NCBI GenBank assembly: GCA_030745695.1
Contig: JASLOB010000014.1
Span: forward strand, 1-43,283
Length of the DNA stretch: 43,283 bases
Source of the DNA: Candidatus Nanoarchaeia archaeon
GTDB lineage: Archaea; Nanobdellota; Nanobdellia; SCGC-AAA011-G17; JACPNG01
Direction of reading: 5' to 3'
The notes below the pieces were generated by a model. That model had not been told where the DNA came from. It saw nothing but the letters and a program-made list of their open reading frames with translations, and did no database searches. Shown piece after piece: positions 8,396 through 15,621 of the stretch. A program made the translations under genes and the position numbers. The first letter of the stretch is position 1. Every line of letters begins with the position of its first letter.

Positions 8396-9484
8396 TTATA
8401 TTACTCCTGCTTCAATTATCTTTATTTCTTTATTTTTTGCATCTAACTTGATTTTGATTCCATAAGGAATTGTCATCATAGGCATTATATGGCCAAATTG
8501 TAAATTTGTTGCGATAACTAAATCTTCTCTCCCATATTCTTTTGCTACTTCAAGTAAAGCACGTTCATATTTTTCAAAATTCTGTAAATGTTTTTTTAAT
8601 TTAATTTCATATTCACTATCATCAAATTCAATATCTCCTCCAGGGATTCCGAAAATAATTCCATTTATCTTATTTAAAATTCCTTGTGCACCATAGTTTC
8701 TTAGCCAATATTTAAATTGGTTTGGAGAGGGGATATCTTCAGAAGTCTCTAAGAATAAGATTGTGTTATTCCATGCAGATTCATTTGGCCATAATTTCGT
8801 TCCTTTAATAATCTCTAAAACATCTGCACAACCACCTATCAAATTTCCTTCTACCTCTCCTTTGCCTTGGATAAATTTAATTTGTACAGGCTCTTGCATT
8901 TTTCTTTTAATATCTTGATATTCTTTTTTCCAAGGAACTCTATCTAATGTCCAGCCTTCTTCATTATTTTTTATACCGCCTATAGGTTTTTCTGAAAAAA
9001 GGGCTTTCTCAAAATATTTTTTTGTAAAATCATCTATTCCACCATTTTCTGCAAATCCAAATAATACTGAAGGTCCATAAAAAGATAAAAGGCCTGCCTT
9101 TAAACATAAGAGATGGGTAACTGTACTATCAGAAAAACCAATAAATATTTTTGGATTATTTTTTATGATAGCTAAATGTTCTTCTTTTAAGAAATCTAAT
9201 AGTCTTATGGAATCATCCCCTCCAATTATTGAGATAATTGCTTTAACTTCAGGATTTTTAAATGCCCAAATTAAATCATTTAATCTTTCTTCAGGATGTG
9301 AATATATCCAATCAGGAGATTTTAATGCATTAGGTGTTTCTATAACTTTTAATTTAAAAGTTTCTTCTAACTGTCTTTTTCCAGTTTCATACTTATCCTT
9401 ATACTCAAAAGCGCCACCCCAAGATAAAGTAATAAATGCTACAGTATCTCCTTCTTTGAGTTTTTTTGGTTTAATGTAATCCAT
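8396..9484 (-). CDS. S66-family serine peptidase (LD-carboxypeptidase / MccF-like)
   Basis: 362 aa. GDTVAFITLS, IIGGDDS, GFSDST (nucleophile Ser), LFLETSE and FGH, matching the Ser-Glu-His triad layout. Length is nearer MccF than LdcA. Confidence 0.75.
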   Translation of the reverse strand: MDYIKPKKLKEGDTVAFITLSWGGAFEYKDKYETGKRQLEETFKLKVIETPNALKSPDWIYSHPEERLNDLIWAFKNPEVKAIISIIGGDDSIRLLDFLKEEHLAIIKNNPKIFIGFSDSTVTHLLCLKAGLLSFYGPSVLFGFAENGGIDDFTKKYFEKALFSEKPIGGIKNNEEGWTLDRVPWKKEYQDIKRKMQEPVQIKFIQGKGEVEGNLIGGCADVLEIIKGTKLWPNESAWNNTILFLETSEDIPSPNQFKYWLRNYGAQGILNKINGIIFGIPGGDIEFDDSEYEIKLKKHLQNFEKYERALLEVAKEYGREDLVIATNLQFGHIMPMMTIPYGIKIKLDAKNKEIKIIEAGVI

Positions 9485-9500
9485 TTTTATATTTTCCTAA

Positions 9501-10451
9501 TTATTGGTGTTGAAAATCTAGATCTCTACTAATCTCCACACCTAATCTTTTATCAAATTCTAATTGGAGAAAGTTCCTTAAAACACTTTCGCTCCATCTT
9601 GTAGATAAACTAAATGTATGTTGTAATAAAGAAATATTTCTCAAAATTTTATCTTTTTCAGTTTTATGCCTCTCCCCCATTAGATTAGATGGAATGCTTA
9701 ATATTGCCCCTAAACTTGAATAATTATCTAGTAATGTTTTAAAACAAAGATGTTTTTCTTCAATAGCATCATAAATAGACCAGGCACTATACACTTTATT
9801 ATTATTTTTTCTAGATAAAAAAGTTTCTGCTCCAAACCCAAATTCATAACCAATTAACTCCCCACTTGAATCTTGAATTTGAATTAATTGGCCAATTTCT
9901 TGAGGGTCATTTTCTCTTTGTAAAAGAGTAAAAGTTGCACCCCTACCAATTATACCTTCTAATCCATATCCCCATTGATAATAGATTTTTGGATTCGAAT
10001 CATTGGTTACTTCAATAGTTTTTCCAATTTCATCTAGGAATTCCATATCTTTTTGAGCATAAACTCTAACATCTCTAGGAGATATTGAATAACTCCCTAA
10101 TAAAAGTTCGAGTATTTCTAATTGAATTTCTCTTTTTGGCTTTCCTGTTAGAATACCTAGGGCATTAAAATAACCTAAAAATCTTTCAGGTACTAATTCT
10201 AATTTATTTTCCTCACATATTGTATCTCTTAATCCTTGAAGCCTTAAAGATGGCTGTCTCATACAAAGACCTTGTTCAGGAATATTTCTCTCTACTAAAA
10301 ATGATTTCCAAGGAGTTATAGTATCATTAGTAAATAGAATAGTTTCATCATCTGTTATCAATTCAGAAGAGGGAGAAATAGTGTATTCTCTTGATTCAAA
10401 ATATCTTAAAAATTGTCCAATTATTTTGTCTAGATCAGATTTTATTTTCAA
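9501..10451 (-). CDS. stand-alone, degenerate alanyl-tRNA synthetase catalytic-core paralogue
   Basis: 316 aa, colinear with the AlaRS N-terminus. FLRYFESREYTISPSSELITDDETILFTN compares with FLxFFxxKGHxxxxSxxLvPxxDPtLLFTN. MRQPSLRLQG compares with QRCVRAGG, EIGQLIQIQD with EIWNiVFMQF, and YEFGFGAETF with VDTGMGLERI. Most substrate-contacting motifs are substituted, and the editing and C-Ala domains are absent. Confidence 0.6.
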   Translation of the reverse strand: MKIKSDLDKIIGQFLRYFESREYTISPSSELITDDETILFTNDTITPWKSFLVERNIPEQGLCMRQPSLRLQGLRDTICEENKLELVPERFLGYFNALGILTGKPKREIQLEILELLLGSYSISPRDVRVYAQKDMEFLDEIGKTIEVTNDSNPKIYYQWGYGLEGIIGRGATFTLLQRENDPQEIGQLIQIQDSSGELIGYEFGFGAETFLSRKNNNKVYSAWSIYDAIEEKHLCFKTLLDNYSSLGAILSIPSNLMGERHKTEKDKILRNISLLQHTFSLSTRWSESVLRNFLQLEFDKRLGVEISRDLDFQHQ

Positions 10452-11998
10452 CCCAATAATCTCCTTATTCTATCTTTATCTTTTGATGACCAAAAATAAG
10501 TAGGGAGTCTAGGACCGTTATTTTTCCCAAATAATAATTGATAAACATCTTTAAAGAAACTCCTTTGAGCTATTTTCTTTTCTTGATCAGACATACCTTC
10601 TCTTTTTGGTATGCTATATATCTCTAATTCAATTTCATCTAAAGTTAGACCATCTTGAGATAGGACTTTCTTTTCAAGAGATCTAATTTTTTCTCTTGCA
10701 TCTGCTGACATTAAAGATAAATGAGAAGTATTAGGAGAATCTCTTAGCTCACTTCTCCCTTCTGAAAAGTGAGTTCTTGACCAATAATCACTTTTTTTAA
10801 GCCTATCTTCAATTGAAAAATCACTAAATTCTCCACCTTCAGATCTAAGAAGATCTTTAATAATTTCTAAGTTATAACCTGTAGCTTCCCCCAATCCAAA
10901 TATTTTTCTAAAAGGTATACTTCTAGACAATTCACTTTTTGTTTTTTCAGTAATTAATTTTCTGAATCCTTCTTCCCATCCTTCAACATCTGAATCAAAT
11001 TCTGCAAATGCTCTAATTACATCTTTATCTAAAGCGATATCTAAAGGAGCAGTTGGAGAACATCTAGCATATAAAAATTTTATCAACTCAGGAGGATATA
11101 CATTTAATAATTCTCCAGGTGTAATAACATTTCCAGAAGAACTTGACATTTTCCCTGCTTGTCCTTTTATTCTTACAAATTGATATTCTTGAAAATGTGG
11201 AGGTGAATTTTCAAATATTTCTTTGACTATTTGACTTGAAACATCATAACTACTTCCAGGACTCGCATGATCTGCCCCACCTGGTTCAAAATTTACAGAT
11301 TCAAAAACCCACCTCATAGGCCAATCAATCTTCCATGGTAATTTGATTACTCTATCTTTTGTAAAATCTATAGTATCTTTTTTACCAGAGTCGTGACATA
11401 AATATGTTAACTTACTATCACCATCATATGATAGAACTTTTGTGTTGTCTTTACCTGTAAATCTTGAATAAAGAACAATAGGAAAATAATTCTTTTTTTG
11501 TTCTTCAGTCATTCCCTGAGTCATATTCCTTGCTAAAATCTCTGCAATTTGACTTCTTTTATTTAATATTTCTTTAATTTGGAGATCATATTCTCCACTT
11601 TTATACATCTCTGTTTGTCTTATAAATCTTGGATTAATACCTAATTGAGATAAAGACTCCTCAAATTTTACTTCAAATCTTTCAGCATATGATTCATATT
11701 CTCCAAACGGATCATCTATTGAAGAATATGGTTTTCCAATTGAATTTTCAAGAGATTTAGGACTTCCAATAGGTATCTTTCTAAATTTATCAAAATCGTC
11801 CCAAGAAAATATAAATTCAGAATCAATTCCTTTTTGTTGTAATGCCCTATAAACTAACTCTGTGGTCATAACCTCCCTTAGGTTTCCAATATGTATTGGT
11901 CCAGATGGACTAATTCCTGAAGCACAAACTATCTTGCTCCCTCTGTGTTTCATTGCTAATCTATCTGCTATTTTGTAGGCCCAATGGCTATTTCCCAT
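10448..11998 (-). CDS. lysS: lysine--tRNA ligase, class I (archaeal type)
   Basis: 516 aa. HWAYKIADRL start, SPSGPIHIGNLREV (HIGH region) and GKMSSSSGN (KMSKS). Its stop overlaps the downstream start by 4 nt. Confidence 0.9.
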   Translation of the reverse strand: MGNSHWAYKIADRLAMKHRGSKIVCASGISPSGPIHIGNLREVMTTELVYRALQQKGIDSEFIFSWDDFDKFRKIPIGSPKSLENSIGKPYSSIDDPFGEYESYAERFEVKFEESLSQLGINPRFIRQTEMYKSGEYDLQIKEILNKRSQIAEILARNMTQGMTEEQKKNYFPIVLYSRFTGKDNTKVLSYDGDSKLTYLCHDSGKKDTIDFTKDRVIKLPWKIDWPMRWVFESVNFEPGGADHASPGSSYDVSSQIVKEIFENSPPHFQEYQFVRIKGQAGKMSSSSGNVITPGELLNVYPPELIKFLYARCSPTAPLDIALDKDVIRAFAEFDSDVEGWEEGFRKLITEKTKSELSRSIPFRKIFGLGEATGYNLEIIKDLLRSEGGEFSDFSIEDRLKKSDYWSRTHFSEGRSELRDSPNTSHLSLMSADAREKIRSLEKKVLSQDGLTLDEIELEIYSIPKREGMSDQEKKIAQRSFFKDVYQLLFGKNNGPRLPTYFWSSKDKDRIRRLLG

Positions 11999-12127
11999 AA
12001 TAATATATCTAAAGGTTGGTTTATAAGTGATACTATCTAGTAGTTAGTAACTATATTAGAATAAATTCAATAGAATTATTAAATATTTTATTAATAATAG
12101 TATATATCCATAAACACAAAAAATAAA

Positions 12128-12532
12128 ATGTTCAACCAATATGAACATGGGCGTTTTTTAGGCAGAAAAGATGCTCATGAAAGACAAGGTACTTCTGAAA
12201 AAAAACCGAAAGGGAGATTTTGGATAGATGGAAATCCAAATGCTTTAGAAAGAACTTTAAAAAAAATAGGAGAGATAATAACACCTATACTCTATGATGT
12301 TGAAGAATTAGAGATTATTGTAAAAACTATAAGAACTGATGGAGGGTATGAACATGAAGTTAGGCACACTGGGAGTTTTACTCTTGAAGATTATGCTTAT
12401 CTTGTAAAAACAATGAAAGAATCAAATACAATTCTACTTGATGAAAGACAAGATAAAAATAGTTGTGAATTTTCTCAAACAACTACCCACTCTATGTTTA
12501 ATCCTTTTGGATTGAGCTATAGAAAAAAATAA
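12128..12532 (+). CDS. hypothetical protein
   Basis: 134-aa ORF with no recognisable motif. It ends 2 nt before the att-like repeat and tRNA 3' end. Confidence 0.4.
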   Translation: MFNQYEHGRFLGRKDAHERQGTSEKKPKGRFWIDGNPNALERTLKKIGEIITPILYDVEELEIIVKTIRTDGGYEHEVRHTGSFTLEDYAYLVKTMKESNTILLDERQDKNSCEFSQTTTHSMFNPFGLSYRKK

Positions 12533-12534
12533 AT

Positions 12535-12554
12535 TTCTTCCCCACGGCCGGATT
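12535..12554. repeat. 20-bp direct repeat (proximal copy) covering the tRNA-Tyr 3' end plus 4 nt downstream
   Basis: Identical to 6485-6504. Positions 12539-12554 are the discriminator, acceptor 3' strand, T-stem 3' strand and part of the T-loop. Confidence 0.8.
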
Positions 12555-12666
12555 CGAACCAGCAACCTTCCGGGACCGGCTGACTTATTTTCATCCAAAG
12601 CCGAATGCTTAGTCAATAAGTGAATTCATCTACAGCCGAACGCTCTACCAGTTGAGCTACGTGGGG
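12539..12666 (-). tRNA. tRNA-Tyr (anticodon GUA) with a ~55-nt intron in the anticodon loop; CCA not encoded
   Basis: Hand fold of the reverse complement: acceptor CCCCACG/CGTGGGG with A73; D arm GCTC-AACTGGTA-GAGC; anticodon stem TTCGG/CCGGA; loop CTGTAGA; variable AGGTT; T arm GCTGG-TTCGAAT-CCGGC. Mature length is 73 nt. C1-G72 is the archaeal/eukaryal Tyr identity pair. Confidence 0.85.
12574..12628 (-). other. tRNA-Tyr intron (boundaries ambiguous by 1 nt: 37/38 or 38/39)
   Basis: 55 nt lie between the anticodon loop and the CCGGA 3' strand. Internal helices ACTTATT/AATAAGT and TCGGCT/AGCCGG are possible. I could not fit a clean bulge-helix-bulge by eye. Confidence 0.6.
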
Positions 12667-12683
12667 CATTAGCTTAGAAGAAT

Positions 12684-12696
12684 TTTATATTAAAAA
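12684..12696 (-). promoter_or_regulatory. TATA-box-like element upstream of tRNA-Tyr
   Basis: The minus strand reads TTTTTAATATAAA at about -18 to -30 relative to the tRNA 5' end. Confidence 0.4.
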
Positions 12697-12706
12697 CCTT
12701 TTGATT

Positions 12707-13807
12707 TTAAAGAGATAACTCTTCAACTACTTTTTGAAGACCAGTTACTACTCTCTCATCCCTTTGTCTTATATCTAATTGAAATTTTTTATCTAATAAA
12801 TGTTGGATTCCTATAATGTACCTCATTGAAATTTTCATTCTTTCTTCATTAGTATATCCTTTTTCTCCTTTAGAAAATTCCCTAGCAAATTCTTTTGAAT
12901 AAGACATAGGATCCGTATTGTAACTAATTCTTTTTGGGTCCATATAATCACCAAGTAACCAAAATCTTGACGAGTCCATTGTATAAAGCTCATCTTGACT
13001 TACAATTTCTCCTTCTCTATTAATACCATGCTCTGTCTTAGTATCTACTAAAATAATACCTCTTCCTCTTAAAAATCCAGAAACAATACCAAACGCCATA
13101 AGAGAATTATTTCTAATATTCATATATTGTTCTGGAGTACATATTCCTCTTGAGAACAATTCTTTAGGTGATAAAGTTTCATCATGATCATCAGATTTAG
13201 TTGAAGGAGTATCCATAACATAAGGTAGCTTACAATTAGGAAACCATTCTTTATTTATTTTATGACTTGCAAATTCTTTTTCTCCTTTTGACCAAGCCTG
13301 AAATAAAGATGTTGGAGTTGAACTTTTAGCCATATATGCTCTAAGAACATTTTCAAATGGTATTTGAGTAAGATTCTCTGCTGCAATAACAACAGAATTA
13401 TCTTCTAATCCTGGAACATTTATTTGAGAAGTGCCAATTGCATGAGATACTAATCTTCTCATATGATGATGATTAGAAGCTAATATCTGATCTTTGAAAG
13501 GGATTTCTCCCCTATTTAGATCATGAGTTGAAATTCTTTGTGTTCTAACCATAATTCTTATTGGAGTACCATCTATTGTATTTAATGGAGGATTTTCACA
13601 TTCATATGTCTCTCCATTTTTAGTATAAGAAAATCTTCCCCCAAAAATAGAATCAGAAACTTTTCCAGGATAAACTTTAAATCCTGTTAATTTTGTTACT
13701 AATCCTGAATCTAATATTGCTTGTGTAGAATTAACTATCCCTTCACTATCTATATATTTATTGACTAAACTTCTAACTTCTGTCCCTGTTAAATGATTTT
13801 CATTCAT
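12707..13807 (-). CDS. purC: SAICAR synthetase (PurC)-family protein, divergent long form
   Basis: 366 aa with QRISTHDL, IPFKDQIL, PFENVLRAYMAKS, DTPSTKSDDHDETLS, GIILVDTKTEHG and DELYTMDSSRFW. All are colinear with eukaryote-type SAICAR synthase motifs. Confidence 0.65.
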   Translation of the reverse strand: MNENHLTGTEVRSLVNKYIDSEGIVNSTQAILDSGLVTKLTGFKVYPGKVSDSIFGGRFSYTKNGETYECENPPLNTIDGTPIRIMVRTQRISTHDLNRGEIPFKDQILASNHHHMRRLVSHAIGTSQINVPGLEDNSVVIAAENLTQIPFENVLRAYMAKSSTPTSLFQAWSKGEKEFASHKINKEWFPNCKLPYVMDTPSTKSDDHDETLSPKELFSRGICTPEQYMNIRNNSLMAFGIVSGFLRGRGIILVDTKTEHGINREGEIVSQDELYTMDSSRFWLLGDYMDPKRISYNTDPMSYSKEFAREFSKGEKGYTNEERMKISMRYIIGIQHLLDKKFQLDIRQRDERVVTGLQKVVEELSL

Positions 13808-13817
13808 TCTTTATATC

Positions 13818-15230
13818 TCATCTTTCTTTTGTACTAAAATAAGTTAATTTATTTGAGTAAACTTCTACAATCTTTCCTTTTCTTTTATATCTTACTTTAG
13901 CTCTAGGCAGAACTAATTTTCCTACAATATGTAATTGAGATTCAATTTCATATGAAATAACTCTTTCCTCTCCATCTAACAATTCTTTTAGAGTCCATAA
14001 CATCCTAATCCCTCTTCCACCCCTTTGCATTTTAGCTGGTTTTAATGTACCAAATTCATGTTTAGGTTTTACAAGATTAGGAGCTATATCAATGATCTCA
14101 ACATCCTTTAGATTAGTTAATCTATTTTTTATGTGTAATAAAACTTTAATTTCAGATATTCCACCTTTATCATCTTTTACTTTAAATACTGCTTTTTTTA
14201 CTGAAACTTTTTTTCCATATAAATAATAAACAACAATTGAAAATACTAATAAAACTATGATGAAAATAAATATTGATCTATAATCTGTTTCAGCTGTGAT
14301 GTTAAAAGATTCTCCAGGTTGTAACTCAAAATTCCATTCTACATTTCCATTATCAATTTTATCTGGGTCAATGTTATAAGTTGTAAACATTCTTTTAAAT
14401 CCATTTAATTCAACAACAAAAGCTTCTTTTACTTTTAAATTCCCATTATTTGATTTAACTAAATTAATTGTAGAAGTCAAAAATCCTGAATCTTTCTCAG
14501 ATTTTTCATTAATATTTGGATTTCTTATAATTTTAAAATCCTTAACAAAAGATCCTCTCAATTTATTTTCTTGTGTAGCAGTTATGATTAATGTATAATC
14601 CCCAGGACTTGTTATGGGTGGAATCTCAAATTCTATTGTTTTTATTGTTTCTTGATAAGGAAATAATTTTAATTTTAATTCTTCTTTAAATAGTTCACTT
14701 TCTATCAAAATTATTACATCTTCTAAAATCACATTTATTTTATTTTTAAGTTCTATGTTAATAGATGATTTTCTTCCAGGTACAATTTCATCTAAAATAT
14801 TTGAGGTTATCTCAACTAATTGTTCAGGAGGTATAACACTTACTATTAAATCATGATCTGTTTTATGATTGGGGTTTGATGATGATCTTATCCTCACAAA
14901 TGTTCTATAACTTTTATCTGGCTTTATATCTTCTCTTAATCTTACTCTTACTAAAGTTTTCTCTACAGAATTTGCTTTAATCTGTAAAGTTCCTTCTTCT
15001 ATATCAATATTTTCAAATATATCTGAGAAAGGGGCAACTGAAAATTCATCTGGAGTAACAAAAAAAGTATCTGCTACATTTTGATTGTTTCTAACACTTA
15101 ATTCAAATACTCCAGTTCCACCAGGATAAACTTTATCTATTAAAGATTGGTCTGTAACGTATAATCTTTGTGAATATACATTTGGTGTTAATAAAAGAAT
15201 TACTATCAATAGAATTACTATCTTTCTCAT
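13818..15230 (-). CDS. secreted/membrane-anchored protein with beta-sandwich-like repeats
   Basis: 470 aa. N-terminal signal peptide, one TM helix (IFIFIIVLLVFSIVVYYLY) near residue 330, and a ~120-aa C-terminal domain. Confidence 0.5.
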   Translation of the reverse strand: MRKIVILLIVILLLTPNVYSQRLYVTDQSLIDKVYPGGTGVFELSVRNNQNVADTFFVTPDEFSVAPFSDIFENIDIEEGTLQIKANSVEKTLVRVRLREDIKPDKSYRTFVRIRSSSNPNHKTDHDLIVSVIPPEQLVEITSNILDEIVPGRKSSINIELKNKINVILEDVIILIESELFKEELKLKLFPYQETIKTIEFEIPPITSPGDYTLIITATQENKLRGSFVKDFKIIRNPNINEKSEKDSGFLTSTINLVKSNNGNLKVKEAFVVELNGFKRMFTTYNIDPDKIDNGNVEWNFELQPGESFNITAETDYRSIFIFIIVLLVFSIVVYYLYGKKVSVKKAVFKVKDDKGGISEIKVLLHIKNRLTNLKDVEIIDIAPNLVKPKHEFGTLKPAKMQRGGRGIRMLWTLKELLDGEERVISYEIESQLHIVGKLVLPRAKVRYKRKGKIVEVYSNKLTYFSTKER

Positions 15231-15329
15231 ACACTTAAAGTTAGGATAGTCTATTTAAACCTTTTGATGATTTCATATATTTATTGAAAAATAGGTGTTA
15301 ATTTACGTAATATGCTAGCTGTAAGATAG

Positions 15330-15362
15330 AAATATTTATATGGAAAATTTAAATATTTATAT
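15330..15362 (+). promoter_or_regulatory. two copies of the TATA/BRE-like 12-mer AAATATTTATAT, 21 nt apart
   Basis: Copies at 15330-15341 and 15351-15362, upstream of GGAGGA (15371-15376) and the ATG at 15382. Confidence 0.35.
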
Positions 15363-15381
15363 TTAAGAATGGAGGATCAAA

Positions 15382-15558
15382 ATGAGTGGAAAAGGAAATC
15401 TTATTTTTAATATTGCTATGGGAACTTTAGCAGCAGCAGTAATAGGTGGATTCATAGGTTATAAAATATTTTTTCATAAACCTGAACCGAAAAAAAATTT
15501 ATACTCCAAGAAAATCATTATCAGAGATAGATATTGGAAAAAGAGTAAGTTCATATAG
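15382..15558 (+). CDS. small membrane protein (58 aa), below the ORF-track cutoff
   Basis: Hand translation MSGKGNLIFNIAMGTLAAAVIGGFIGYKIFF... with one TM helix. A strong GGAGGA lies 6 nt upstream. Confidence 0.4.
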   Translation: MSGKGNLIFNIAMGTLAAAVIGGFIGYKIFFHKPEPKKNLYSKKIIIRDRYWKKSKFI

Positions 15559-15621
15559 AGAATTTGGGAATTTGAAAAGGTCACTTGGAGTAGAACCAAT
15601 TTATAGATCTTCTACTAATAT

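Noticed and set aside
5851-12532. SSV-type partitioned integrase: the two plus-strand ORFs ending right before each att-like repeat (5851-6483 and 12128-12532) might be Int(N)/Int(C) halves.
   Set aside because: Neither shows tyrosine-recombinase motifs (no R..HxxR..Y pattern). One has a lipoprotein signal peptide. The repeats lie after the stop codons, not within the coding sequence.
12590-12640. Reading the tRNA gene as tRNA-Gln (UUG) using the second TTCGG-CTTTGGA copy as the anticodon arm.
   Set aside because: The body has C1-G72 with A73, which is the archaeal Tyr identity set. It would also need two introns. I kept Tyr (GUA) as the call and reported the duplicate as a finding.
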